This document shows positions 1-10,093 of a stretch of DNA of 64,000 nucleotides, piece by piece. Origin of the DNA: a bacterium (GTDB lineage: Bacteria; Krumholzibacteriota; Krumholzibacteriia; G020349025); the NCBI GenBank assembly GCA_031362565.1, contig JANLSU010000101.1:1-64000 (forward strand). Direction: 5' to 3'. Under the pieces are notes generated by a model. The model saw only the letters and a list, made by a program, of their open reading frames with translations, had not been told where the DNA came from and searched no databases. The number at the start of each line of letters is the position of its first letter. The first letter of the stretch is position 1. A program made the translations under genes and the position numbers.

Positions 1-102
1 GACCCGGGCTTGTAGCACCAAGCAAAACCCGACCTCTATGCCGACGGCGCGCCTCCAGACTACACCCAGTTTCATAGACTCGGGTGCGCGGAGCGCATGG
101 GA

Positions 103-216
103 ACTCAGACAGAACGGGCCGCGCCGCGCGCTTCGCGCGCATGATTAGATGCGCGAGCCCGTTAACTCGCCGTCGGGGGGTCGCAAACCTCCGAAGACGT
201 GCTCCGACTCGGAATC
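103..216. repeat. Dispersed ~113-bp REP/MITE-like repeat, copy 1 (inverted relative to 48395-48507)
   Basis: The reverse complement of 103-216 matches 48395-48507 with only a few mismatches; it contains GCGCGCTTCGCGCGC and CGGGGGTCGCAAACCTCCG hairpins. Confidence 0.85.
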
Positions 217-227
217 AGGGGCGGCGA

Positions 228-863
228 TCACTTGCGGATGCAGCGGTCTGTTAGCGGTTTGCTGCTCCGCCATCTTTCTGCCGCACCGAGTGGCTGGATG
301 CCCGCAAGGGAATAGACACCGTTGTACCTCGTCAAATTGAGCGACGGGATAGCAGTGATTTCATAGTCTACGAAGCGCACCTTCGGCCACGCCTGTCGTG
401 CATTGAGGAGTCCGCACCAAAGCGTGGCGGGAATGACCTGGTCGAGTGGCTCGTCGAAAGGCCATGGGGATACAGCCTGCACATCCACGGCGACTCCGAG
501 TGTGTCGCCACGAAGAACCGCCCGCTTGGGCCCAGGCGGATTCTCGACTCGCGCGATCGCGAATCGAATTCCAGCGAGGGAGGCCAAGTTGCGATTCTCT
601 GGCTGCGGAGGTTGTCCTGCTGGGCGCTTGTCCCAGTGCAACAAATTGGGAGCGACGGTCAGCAAAACCACCGAGGGGGAGTCGTAAGCATCGAGGTCGT
701 AGCCGACGTATGGCACAGACGCAATCCACACACCCGACTCCCCCCCGCGAACGAGCAGCGGCTGGGCTGCTTGGTAGATGTACTCCCAGTCTGCGTTGCC
801 GACGCGCGGTACCGCCACCAGCGCGGGCACCAACAGCCAAGAGACAATCTTCAGACTCTTCAA
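228..863 (-). CDS. Hypothetical secreted protein
   Basis: TTG start preceded by GGAG; signal-peptide-like N-terminus (LKIVSWLLVPALVAVPRVGNA); no recognised domain. Confidence 0.65.
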   Translation of the reverse strand: MKSLKIVSWLLVPALVAVPRVGNADWEYIYQAAQPLLVRGGESGVWIASVPYVGYDLDAYDSPSVVLLTVAPNLLHWDKRPAGQPPQPENRNLASLAGIRFAIARVENPPGPKRAVLRGDTLGVAVDVQAVSPWPFDEPLDQVIPATLWCGLLNARQAWPKVRFVDYEITAIPSLNLTRYNGVYSLAGIQPLGAAERWRSSKPLTDRCIRK

Positions 864-976
864 GTTCTCTCCCGCGAACTGTAGATGGCGTTGACAGCGA
901 CGGCGCGCAGGTTTGGCGGCAGAGCGCCAAAACAAGGGCGACGGTCCGGGTTTGGGCCCCCGGACCGTCGGCGGGT

Positions 977-1960
977 TTACTTGCCGAGGGTTGTCTTGAG
1001 TTCTTCGGTGAGGATGGGGACGACTTCGAAGAGATCACCGACGACGCCGTAGTCGGCGGTTTGGAAGATCGGTGCGCTTGGATCCTTGTTGATCGCCACG
1101 ATCACCTTCGAAGTGCGCATGCCGACCAAGTGCTGAATCGCCCCCGAGATGCCACACGCGATGTACAACGTCGGGTTGACGACTTTGCCCGTCTGGCCGA
1201 CCTGGCGGCTGTGCGGTTGATAGCCGGCATCGACGGCGGCACGCGACGCTCCAACAGCGCCACCCAGCACCTCGGCCAGATCCTCGATGATCTTGAAATT
1301 CTCGGCCGATTTGAGCGACCGCCCGCCGGAAACGATGCGGTCGGCTTCACCGAGTTCCACCTTGCCGCCGGTCGTCGCTAGGACTTCCTTGACGACGGCG
1401 CGCGGCGGCGACTGCACGCTCCAGGCGAGTTTCTCCACCCTTCCACTGCCACCCTCGGGCGCCGGCATGAAGACATTGGGCCGCATGCTGACGACCTGCA
1501 CGGTGTTCGCCTGCAAGAGATATTCGGCGTTCACCTTGCCGGTGTAGATCGGATGCACGACCTTCAACCCGCCATCGGCCTGCGGGTCGAGCCCGACCAC
1601 ATCAGTCACGAGGGCGGCTTCGAGCCGGACTGCAACCGCCGGCGCGAGGTCTTTCCCGAACGACGTGTCGGCGAAGAGCACACAACCCGCCCCGCGCTCG
1701 CGCGCCAGGCGGGACAGTGCCTCCGTGTAGGCCTCCGATGAATACGTCGCGTAGCTCGCATCATCGATCGCGTACACCACGGCGGCCCCGTGCTGGGCCA
1801 AAGCCGCGGCCGCGGCATCGAGACCGTGCCCCACCAGCACTGCCGTCACTTCGGCGCCCGTTGTTGCCGCGACGTGTTTTGCCGCCGCCAATGTCTCGAG
1901 GCCGGTCTTGCGCAGGCCGCCGCCCTTGGTCTCGGCCACGACCAGAATGTTTTTTGGCAT
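977..1960 (-). CDS. etfA: Electron transfer flavoprotein alpha subunit
   Basis: GASRAAVDAG, QVGQTGKVV and GISGAIQHLVGM motifs; follows etfB. Confidence 0.96.
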   Translation of the reverse strand: MPKNILVVAETKGGGLRKTGLETLAAAKHVAATTGAEVTAVLVGHGLDAAAAALAQHGAAVVYAIDDASYATYSSEAYTEALSRLARERGAGCVLFADTSFGKDLAPAVAVRLEAALVTDVVGLDPQADGGLKVVHPIYTGKVNAEYLLQANTVQVVSMRPNVFMPAPEGGSGRVEKLAWSVQSPPRAVVKEVLATTGGKVELGEADRIVSGGRSLKSAENFKIIEDLAEVLGGAVGASRAAVDAGYQPHSRQVGQTGKVVNPTLYIACGISGAIQHLVGMRTSKVIVAINKDPSAPIFQTADYGVVGDLFEVVPILTEELKTTLGK

Positions 1961-1970
1961 CGTCATCCCC

Positions 1971-2768
1971 CTACAGCACCTTGGATTCGTTGCGCAGCAG
2001 GCCGACCAGCGTGCGCACCTGTTCCCGCACATCCCCTTCGACGAACTTGCAGGCGCCGCGCTCGGCGAGCGGCAAGAGCCGCGTCCGGCGCGCACCGGAG
2101 CCGGCGGCGCCGACCGTGCCGGGTGCGAGCCCGAGCGCCGCGGCATTCTTTTCCTCGATCGGTTTCTTCTTGGCCTTCATGATGCCGGTCAAGCTGGCAT
2201 AGCGTGGTTCGTTCAGACCCTTCTCGCACGAGAAGAGCGCCGGCAACGCGCATTCGATGATTTCCTCGCCGCCATCGATGCGGCGGCGGACGGTGGCAGT
2301 CTTGCCGTCGGCCGCGAGTTCGAACGCCTGGACCAAATTGACATGTGGCATGTTCAGCATCTCGGCAACCGCCGTCGGCACCACCGAGGCGTTGTCATCG
2401 ATCGCCATCTTGCCGGTGAACACCAGGTCGAAGTTCTCGGCGCGGAGCGCCGCCGCCAGCACGCGTGCCGTTGCCAGCGCGTCGCCGCCCTCGAAGGCAT
2501 CGTCCCGCAGGTGCACGCCGCGGTCGGCGCCCATTGCCAAGGCGGTGCGGACGGTCTCCGCCACGCTCGCCGGCCCCATCGACACCACGGTCACTTCCGG
2601 CGTGCCGCCTTGCTTCTCCTTGATCTGCAAACCCTGCTCGACGGCGAATTCGTCGTACGGGTTCATGACGTACTTGATGCCCTCGCGCACGATGTCCGTG
2701 CCATCCGGGCCAATGCGAATTTTCGTTTCGGTGTCCGGCACCTGTTTGACAAGGACCCCGATCTTCAT
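1971..2768 (-). CDS. etfB: Electron transfer flavoprotein beta subunit
   Basis: VKQVPDT, MNPYDEFAVE, ALAMGAD and NEPRYASL motifs. Confidence 0.96.
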   Translation of the reverse strand: MKIGVLVKQVPDTETKIRIGPDGTDIVREGIKYVMNPYDEFAVEQGLQIKEKQGGTPEVTVVSMGPASVAETVRTALAMGADRGVHLRDDAFEGGDALATARVLAAALRAENFDLVFTGKMAIDDNASVVPTAVAEMLNMPHVNLVQAFELAADGKTATVRRRIDGGEEIIECALPALFSCEKGLNEPRYASLTGIMKAKKKPIEEKNAAALGLAPGTVGAAGSGARRTRLLPLAERGACKFVEGDVREQVRTLVGLLRNESKVL

Positions 2769-2825
2769 CGTCCCCTCCCTACGTCAGTGTGGAGCGCCCC
2801 GCGCGCCCCTCTTGAGCGAACCGTT

Positions 2826-3977
2826 CTAACCCGAATACTTCTTGAGCACAGCGCGGCCGATCACCAGTTTCTGGATTTCGGTCGTGCCTTCGTAGAGTTC
2901 GGTGACCCGCGCATCGCGCAGATAGCGCTCGACGGCGGCACCGCGCAGGACGCCGGCCGTGCCGCAAATACGCACCGCGTCGCGCGCGATGCGATTGCTG
3001 GCCTGCGATGCGAACAACTTGGCCATCGCCGCTTCCTGTGAATGCGGCTCGCCGAGATCGCGGAGCCGCGCCGCGTTGTACGTCAAGTGGCGGGCCGCTT
3101 CGACGTCGGTCGCCATGAGCGCCAGCTTGTTCTGCACCGCTTGCAGCTGCGCGATGGGTTGCCCTTGTTGTTGGCGATCGAGCGCATAACGCGCCGCCGC
3201 ATCCAAACAGGCTTGGGCGATGCCAACGGCTTGCGTCGCGATCCCGACCCTTCCGCCGTCCAGAGTCTGCATGGCGATCTTGAACCCGTCGCCCAGTTCA
3301 CCCAGGACGTTGGCTGCCGGCACGCGGCAATCGACCAGGAGGATCTCGGTCGTGTGCGACGCCGAAAGTCCCATCTTGTCTTCGTGCTTGCCGACGGAGA
3401 GGCCCGGCGTTTCACGCTCGATCACGAAAGCCGTGATGCCGCGCGTCTTGTGCGACACATCGGTGCGCGCGAACACCACATACACCCCCGCGTCGGAACC
3501 GGTCGTGATGAAGAACTTGGTGCCGTTCAGCACCCATTGATCCCCATCCCGCACCGCCGACGTCGTCAGCGCCGCCGCATCACTGCCCGAATGCGGCTCG
3601 GTCAGGCAATAGGCGCCGATGCGCTCGCCGCGCGCCATCTGCGGCAGGTACTTGCGTTTGACCGCTTCGGAGCCGAACTGCCGGATGGGATTCGAAACGA
3701 GCGAGTTGTGCACCGACAACGTCACGCCCGTCGATGCGCAGGCCCGATTGACCTCTTCGAGAATGAGCGTCAAAGCGAAATTGCCGAGGGCGCTTCCCTG
3801 GTATTCAGTGGGAATGAGCGCGCCGCAGTACCCAAGATCGACGGCACGCCGGATGAGGTCGGCCGGATAGCGCCCCGCCCGCGAGTTGGCATCGGCGTGC
3901 GGCGCGACCTCGCGATCCGCGAAGTCGCGGGCCTGGGCCTGCACCCGCAGTTGCGCTTCCGTCAGCGGATACAGCAT
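2826..3977 (-). CDS. Acyl-CoA dehydrogenase
   Basis: CLTEPHSGSDA, LNGTKFFIT and ELYEGTTEIQK motifs; adjacent to etfBA. Confidence 0.95.
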   Translation of the reverse strand: MLYPLTEAQLRVQAQARDFADREVAPHADANSRAGRYPADLIRRAVDLGYCGALIPTEYQGSALGNFALTLILEEVNRACASTGVTLSVHNSLVSNPIRQFGSEAVKRKYLPQMARGERIGAYCLTEPHSGSDAAALTTSAVRDGDQWVLNGTKFFITTGSDAGVYVVFARTDVSHKTRGITAFVIERETPGLSVGKHEDKMGLSASHTTEILLVDCRVPAANVLGELGDGFKIAMQTLDGGRVGIATQAVGIAQACLDAAARYALDRQQQGQPIAQLQAVQNKLALMATDVEAARHLTYNAARLRDLGEPHSQEAAMAKLFASQASNRIARDAVRICGTAGVLRGAAVERYLRDARVTELYEGTTEIQKLVIGRAVLKKYSG

Positions 3978-4017
3978 GCGCGTCCCCTCAACTTTGTCCT
4001 CCCACGCGGCCTCATTC

Positions 4018-5889
4018 TCAAGGCGTGGCCGGCAGTGTCGCGGCGGTCGCGAGCCGCGCCAGGGCCGCGACATAGGCGACGCATAGGTCTTGCAGTTCGC
4101 GCTGCGAAATCGATTCGTTGCGCGTGTGGCCGCGCGGCTCACTACGCGGCCACTGCGGGCCGAATGGAATCGTCTCCGGCAAGAGCCGCGCCGCGCTCGC
4201 CGTCGCCGCGACCGGCGGCGTCACCTCGCCGCTCGCGAGCGCCGCGGATTCCTCCAAGACCGACGTAATCTCGCGCGACGGCGAAATCCGCGCCGGCTCG
4301 TGCCCACCCGCTTCCCAATCGAGTGCAAGGCTCATGGAGTTCTGTTTGTTGAACGCCTCGATCGACGCCTGAACGCGTTGTTTGACGTCCGCGGCAGTGT
4401 GTCCCGCCGGCCAGCGAATGTCCACGAGCGAGGTGAACTCCTCACCCAGCCGGTCAAAGGCGACCGGGCTCACCCAGCAGTGCCCCATCTCGGGATCCGA
4501 GAAGTCGAGGCCGACGGTCTTGCCGGTCACATCCCGCGCGTAGCCGCGGTCGATCCACCACATGACATCGCTCGCCGAGTTCTTGAATAGTCCCGGCAGG
4601 GACCAGATGGCGCCCGAGGCGTTCACGACGCTGTTCTCGGCCCGGTCCGCGTGCATGACGTGCTGCGGATTGCCGTAGGCGAAGAAATGCAGCGTGTCCT
4701 CCTGAACGTACGTCTCGTAGATGGTGGCAGGATGCAGCTTTTGGAACGCCTCGATCGCCGGCCGCCATTTTTGATTCACCATGACGCTCGACGGGTTGTC
4801 GGTGTTGAGCGGCGTGTCGTAACGCACCCAAACACGCGCTTCCATCGGCACGGTGCTGGTGCCAAACACACACTGCGCCTTCCACACGTAGAACTCACCG
4901 GGCTTGATGCCGGCTCGCGACTTCATGCCGCGTGTCGAACTGACCCGGGCGACGAGATGGCCCATCTCACCGGTCGCATAGGGGAATTCGCCGTCGGCCG
5001 CCAGCACGATCGCCGGCTTGGTGGTCATGACGGCAATGCTGGACGCAGCGCTCGCGTCCGCTTCTTCGCCGTTCGCGCTGACCAGCAGCACCGCCGGGCG
5101 CGCCAGTTTGAGACCCGCGTCACGCAGCACCCGCAGCGCGAAAAGATTGACGATGATCGGACCCTTGCCGTCATACACGCCGAGACCAACCCAGCGTTCA
5201 TTCATTTTCTTGAGTTCGTAGGGCGGCGAGTCCCACTTGTGGTCGACCGGTTTGGCAACGTCGGCGTGTGTGTACACCGCGACCGCGGGTCCGGCCGCTT
5301 TACTTGCCAAAGTGACTTGCAGCGTCTCATAGGCGTGGTTCTTCGCCTGCAGTCCAAGCCGGGTCGCGAGGTCGGCGATCGCATCGAAGGCCTTGCGCAC
5401 TTCCGGATTGTCGGAGTTCTTATCGACGACAGTGTTGAAACTCTGAAAGGCGATGAGCGCCCGAAGCTCGCGCTGCACGTCGGCGCCATAGCGCACCTGC
5501 AGATAGTCACCGAGCATGACGCCGAGCGCCTGGCGCGCGACCGGGTTCGCGGCATCGACGCTGCCCCGGAACTTGCCAAGCGCGGCATAGACTTCGGGGA
5601 AAGCCACCGGTGCGTCGATCGCCTTCCAGGCCGCATCCAGGTAGCGCTGAAAAGCGACGCCCGGTTTGTCGGCGGAAAACGCCGCGACATCCGGAGCGCG
5701 TAGAAACGTTTGCAAGGCGGTTTGTAGCTTGGGCCGCGCCACTTCGAGTTGTTCGCGGAGCGCCAGGTAATCCGTGGCGGCATGAGCGGGCGACGGGCAA
5801 ACCGCCATCGCCACCGCGCCAACAAACGCTGCGGCCGCCGCGCCCCGGACCGCCATGTGCTTCAACGTGAATCGCCGCATCGAACGCAT
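4018..5889 (-). CDS. Secreted M20/PepV-like metallo-dipeptidase
   Basis: THADV, GLGVYDGKGP, GEE, ADGEFP and GHTRNE metal-ligand-like motifs; signal peptide; AAAGGA RBS. Confidence 0.8.
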   Translation of the reverse strand: MRSMRRFTLKHMAVRGAAAAAFVGAVAMAVCPSPAHAATDYLALREQLEVARPKLQTALQTFLRAPDVAAFSADKPGVAFQRYLDAAWKAIDAPVAFPEVYAALGKFRGSVDAANPVARQALGVMLGDYLQVRYGADVQRELRALIAFQSFNTVVDKNSDNPEVRKAFDAIADLATRLGLQAKNHAYETLQVTLASKAAGPAVAVYTHADVAKPVDHKWDSPPYELKKMNERWVGLGVYDGKGPIIVNLFALRVLRDAGLKLARPAVLLVSANGEEADASAASSIAVMTTKPAIVLAADGEFPYATGEMGHLVARVSSTRGMKSRAGIKPGEFYVWKAQCVFGTSTVPMEARVWVRYDTPLNTDNPSSVMVNQKWRPAIEAFQKLHPATIYETYVQEDTLHFFAYGNPQHVMHADRAENSVVNASGAIWSLPGLFKNSASDVMWWIDRGYARDVTGKTVGLDFSDPEMGHCWVSPVAFDRLGEEFTSLVDIRWPAGHTAADVKQRVQASIEAFNKQNSMSLALDWEAGGHEPARISPSREITSVLEESAALASGEVTPPVAATASAARLLPETIPFGPQWPRSEPRGHTRNESISQRELQDLCVAYVAALARLATAATLPATP

Positions 5890-6067
5890 CAGTTCCTTTC
5901 GTCGCACGTCCTACCGCGCGCCATGAACGGCGCCGCGAGTCGGCGCGTGTCGGGAGAACCCGAGCGGCCCGGGCGGGCCGCGGTCGGAGGCCAAACGGCA
6001 GCATAGGAAGGGGGCTCCGGGCCGTCAAGCGCGCCCCGCACCCCCTTGGGCGGTGTATGCTCACCCG

Positions 6068-6958
6068 ATGCGAAAGCTCGTGTATTCGCCAGCTTACGAG
6101 TGCGACATCGGCCCACACGTCTTCCCGACCGCCAAGTACCGGCTGGTCCTGGAGCACCTCCAGGCGACAGGCCAGGTGCTTCCGGAAGCGGTCGACCTTC
6201 CGGCGCCCGTGGCCCGGGCGCTCTTGGAGGCCGTGCACCTGCCGGTCTACCTGGATGATCTCCTCGGCCTCCGGCCGACGCCGCGGGTCCTGCAGTCCGA
6301 ACTGCCGATCTCGGCCGCGATTCGTGACGCCGCCCTCTTGGCGGCGGGTGGAACGCTCTTGGCCTGCCGGCACGCGCTCCGCGACGGCACGGCGATGCAC
6401 CTGGGAGGCGGCTTCCATCACGCCATGCCGGACCATGGCGAGGGGTTCTGCCTGATCCACGATGTGGCGGTGGCGATTCGCGCCTTGCAGGCCGAAGGCG
6501 CCATCACCCGGGCAGCAGTCATCGACACCGATGTCCACCAGGGCAACGGCACGGCGCGCATTTTTCAAGGCGACGAGAGCGTGTTCACGTTCTCGATCCA
6601 CCAGGAGAACAACTACCCCGTCAAGGAAACCAGTGACTTCGACATTGGGTTGGACGATGGTGTCGGCGATGCCGAGTACCTCGAGATCCTCGGGCAGGTC
6701 GTGGCGCGGATTCTGGATACCCAGACACCCCAACTGGTCATCATGGTGGCGGGCGCCGATCCATACGAAGACGATCAACTGGGCGGGCTGGCGTTGACGA
6801 TCGAGGGGCTGCGGGCCCGCGACCGTTTGGTGGTGCAGGAGTGCCGCGAGCGCGGCATTGCCGTCGCCGGTGTTTTGGCCGGCGGCTACGCGCGCCACAT
6901 CGAGGATACGGTCCGCATTCATGCGCACACGGCACTCGAGTTGTTGGATGCGGATTAG
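6068..6958 (+). CDS. Histone deacetylase family protein
   Basis: GGGFHHA, GFC, DTDVHQGNGT, GADPYEDDQLG and AGGY motifs. Confidence 0.94.
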   Translation: MRKLVYSPAYECDIGPHVFPTAKYRLVLEHLQATGQVLPEAVDLPAPVARALLEAVHLPVYLDDLLGLRPTPRVLQSELPISAAIRDAALLAAGGTLLACRHALRDGTAMHLGGGFHHAMPDHGEGFCLIHDVAVAIRALQAEGAITRAAVIDTDVHQGNGTARIFQGDESVFTFSIHQENNYPVKETSDFDIGLDDGVGDAEYLEILGQVVARILDTQTPQLVIMVAGADPYEDDQLGGLALTIEGLRARDRLVVQECRERGIAVAGVLAGGYARHIEDTVRIHAHTALELLDAD

Positions 6959-7013
6959 ACGCGGCTTGCGCCCCCAACCACACCCCAAGAACTGACCCCG
7001 AGGAGTGACGCGC

Positions 7014-7811
7014 GTGAGTTTCGAACGCCAGGCAGGCGCGATCGAGGCCGAAGTGCGGCGCATCGGCGCCTTCCAGCTCGGCGCATTCCGCAGCTTGTCG
7101 CCCGACGATGTGCACACGAAGCAGGATGCCTCCGGCGACCCATCGGTCGTGACGCGCTATGACATCGAATCGGAACAGATGTTCATCGACTGGGTGCGGC
7201 GCGAATTCCCCGGCCATGGCTTCGTGGGCGAGGAAACCGGTAACCATGCGGGCGACCCAGCACACACCTGGATCGTCGATCCGATCGACGGCACCGCCAA
7301 TTTCGCCACCGGTATCGCGACCTGGGGTGCGAGTGTCGCCTATTGGCGCGATGGCGCGCCGTATTTCGCGTGCGTGTTCCTGCCGGCCCTCGATCAGATG
7401 TTCACGGCGACACGCGGCCAGGGCGCATTCTTGAACGGCCGCGCCATTCATGCGAGCCCGGTGCGCGAGTACTCGTGGCAGACGACGGTCGGACTCGATA
7501 GCCGCGCCCACACGCGCCATGTCTTGCGGCTCGAAGCGCGCGTGCGGATCTTGGGCAGTGCCATCGCCAACTTGTGCTACACGGCGAACGGCATGTTCAC
7601 GGCCAGCGTCACCCGCGGCAAACTTTGGGACGTGGCCGCCGGCGTGCTCATCCTCGCGGAGGCGGGTGCGGTGATCGATTCGACGCCGGATCTGAGCACG
7701 TTGTCTGCCGCAACCTATGCCGCAACGAACACCGCCACCCCATCCATCACGATGTCGGCCCGCGGCAACGCCCACCTGCCGCCACTCACCGGTTACTTGC
7801 ACCGGGTGTAG
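7014..7811 (+). CDS. Inositol monophosphatase family protein
   Basis: GEE, WIVDPIDGTANF and WDVAAG motifs; AGGAG RBS before GTG. Confidence 0.92.
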   Translation: MSFERQAGAIEAEVRRIGAFQLGAFRSLSPDDVHTKQDASGDPSVVTRYDIESEQMFIDWVRREFPGHGFVGEETGNHAGDPAHTWIVDPIDGTANFATGIATWGASVAYWRDGAPYFACVFLPALDQMFTATRGQGAFLNGRAIHASPVREYSWQTTVGLDSRAHTRHVLRLEARVRILGSAIANLCYTANGMFTASVTRGKLWDVAAGVLILAEAGAVIDSTPDLSTLSAATYAATNTATPSITMSARGNAHLPPLTGYLHRV

Positions 7812-8016
7812 CCGGCGCACGGACTCCTTTTGCGGACTACGTCCGATCGTCTACGCAACTGAGCGTATTGACCGCTAATTCCGCAGGTCCTAGCGTGAAC
7901 GGCGTTCGACCCTCGTATTCTCTGTGGCTTCAGGCCCGTCTGAACCGCGGCTCGGATTGTGCGCTGCACGCTTGTTCCGACCAGCACGCACAATCAACCG
8001 CGCGGGGGGGATTCTT

Positions 8017-8283
8017 GTGTCGATGCACCTTTCTTGTCTTGTTTGCAAGCGTATGACCGAACACGTAGCCGTCTCCCGAGCCCTCGCCATCACTGGTTTC
8101 TCGCGGCGCGCAATGTACCACTGGATCATGCGGCTCTGGGTGCACGCGCAGCAGCTCAAGAACGGATACTGGATGATCTGCATCGAGTCGCTGCCCAGCA
8201 AATCACGGCGCCCGTTTTTCGAGCCGGGCGCCGCGGAACCACCGATCGAGCCCGGCGACCAGCCTGGTCGACCTTCGCCCTGA
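8017..8283 (+). CDS. Small CxxC plus excisionase/MerR-like HTH protein
   Basis: CLVC, then VSRALAITGFSRRAMYHWI (HTH-like), then a wing-like HAQQLKNGYWMICIESL segment. Confidence 0.6.
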   Translation: MSMHLSCLVCKRMTEHVAVSRALAITGFSRRAMYHWIMRLWVHAQQLKNGYWMICIESLPSKSRRPFFEPGAAEPPIEPGDQPGRPSP

Positions 8284-8494
8284 CGACGTGTGGGGGAGCG
8301 AAGAAAGTTGCGTCAAGTAACGAAAGACGATGCAATGTTGTGCACCTCTACTCGTTGCGCTTGAATTCAGCTTCCCCGAGTCTATGTAGGCAAGCAAAAG
8401 AAGCAAGGCACGCGGTATTCGTCGATCACCGCCGGTGGCCGAACGGCCATGAGCCGCGCTTCACTTCGAAGAAGACAAGTAGCCTGGGAGGTTC

Positions 8495-9202
8495 GTGATG
8501 TCACGAATTCGCCTGACGTGGGCGTGCGCTGCCCTCCTGCTCGTCAGCGCCGCGGTATATGTTGGCTGCAACTCCTTGAACGAATCACAACCCGCGGCTC
8601 CGTCCGAGAAGGCTGCGCCAGCGGATCGGATTGCGACGACGACGACATTCAACCATTGCGTCGGCGGTTGGGTCTCGCAGGAAACGTCGGTCGCGTGTGA
8701 CGAATGTGACCATGAGAACTTCACGTCGAGCACTTCCGGACCGGTCGAGATCTGGCTTTACCACCCGCTGACCTGCGATTCATTCCTGAACGGCATCCTC
8801 GAGTTCAACACATCGGGCCTCGACGACAACTCCACGATTAGCAGCGCCACGCTAAAGTTCAGCGTCAAAGACTACGAGCCGTACAATCTTTACCAGCAGA
8901 TGATCCGCGTCTTGGTGGGCAATACCGATCCCTGCGACTCGAGCTTTGATGGAAAGCAATTCTGGGGTTGCACTCAAGACCTCGTAGATCTGGGCACCGT
9001 GGCCATCGACTCGACCGGCAACTACCAGTTCACGATCGCGAATCCCAACAGCGTGATCAGTAAAAATCACGTGACGGAGTTCTACTTCGTAGACGCCTCC
9101 ATACCCGCATTGGAGGCCACTGTCTGGTACTCGCACGTTTGGCTACGTCAGATTGCGGCTACCGCCAGGTATCAGGCCCCGTCGTTGGTGGTGGTCAACT
9201 AG
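8495..9202 (+). CDS. Hypothetical secreted protein or lipoprotein (DNRLRE/CBM96-like fold possible)
   Basis: GGAGG RBS; signal peptide with VGC; LEFNTSGL..STISSATLKF pattern. Confidence 0.7.
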   Translation: MMSRIRLTWACAALLLVSAAVYVGCNSLNESQPAAPSEKAAPADRIATTTTFNHCVGGWVSQETSVACDECDHENFTSSTSGPVEIWLYHPLTCDSFLNGILEFNTSGLDDNSTISSATLKFSVKDYEPYNLYQQMIRVLVGNTDPCDSSFDGKQFWGCTQDLVDLGTVAIDSTGNYQFTIANPNSVISKNHVTEFYFVDASIPALEATVWYSHVWLRQIAATARYQAPSLVVVN

Positions 9203-9361
9203 GGCGCGTACTTCTCACAATCGAATGTGCGCGAGGCACACCACGTGAGTGGCCTGGTTGCGCCGCGACGCAGACCCCATGCGTCGGATGTTGCATGACA
9301 TGTTGAAGGCCGGGTCCATGGGACCCGGCCTCCAGCGTCAAAGCAGGTCGAAACCGAGAAC

Positions 9362-10093
9362 TCAGTTGTACAGGTGCTTCGCTGCGCTCCAGCTGATGGC
9401 CTCGACGCCGATCAGGGTCTGGTTCTTGATGTGGACGGACCAAGAGTTGACGGTGCCGAGGTCGGCAACGGCGCGGTCCGAAACGTTCAGGAACCAGCAA
9501 CCACCCTTGCGGAGGTTCTTGAAGATTGCAAGCGGCGATCCAAGGTTCGGTGACGGCTTGTAGCAGCCGGCAGCAATGTTTGCAGACGTGCCCGCGCACA
9601 CTCCATCCGCGACCGCAGCAGCAGCGGAATCGTCGAACAGCAACGTGTTGGCAGGGATCAGATTGCTGCTGCAGCCAACGCCGGTGCCGGATCCGCAGGG
9701 CGCATTCGCTGTCGCGTTGGTCCCGCGCGGACGGCACAGCACCGTGGCCTGCGCGTCGATCGCGCCGTCGCACGTCTCGTCATAGCCAACAACCGCGACA
9801 AGGTCGCCCACCCAAGTATGCGTGGCGTTGATGTCGATGATGACGTCAGCGATCAAAGAGCCGTCGGCGGGCACGATGATCGGGCCCACGTTGACGCCGA
9901 GGACGGTATTGTCCGGGATCGTCGCATTGACCGTCTGAATTTCAGACTTGTAGCCCGTCAGATCGCAGTTCGCCTGCACCTGCGGATTGCCATTGCCGGG
10001 ATCACTCTCGTCCTTCGTATCCGTTGCCCACGCTGTCGTGGCCAAGGCCAAACATGCGAGCGCGCAGAGAATCGTGCTGTAACTCCGCTTCAT
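9362..10093 (-). CDS. Secreted proprotein-convertase P-domain protein
   Basis: Signal peptide; THTWVGDL and GCWFLNVSD...GTVNSWSV P-domain motifs; C-terminal SWSAAKHLYN; GGAGG RBS. Confidence 0.85.
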   Translation of the reverse strand: MKRSYSTILCALACLALATTAWATDTKDESDPGNGNPQVQANCDLTGYKSEIQTVNATIPDNTVLGVNVGPIIVPADGSLIADVIIDINATHTWVGDLVAVVGYDETCDGAIDAQATVLCRPRGTNATANAPCGSGTGVGCSSNLIPANTLLFDDSAAAAVADGVCAGTSANIAAGCYKPSPNLGSPLAIFKNLRKGGCWFLNVSDRAVADLGTVNSWSVHIKNQTLIGVEAISWSAAKHLYN

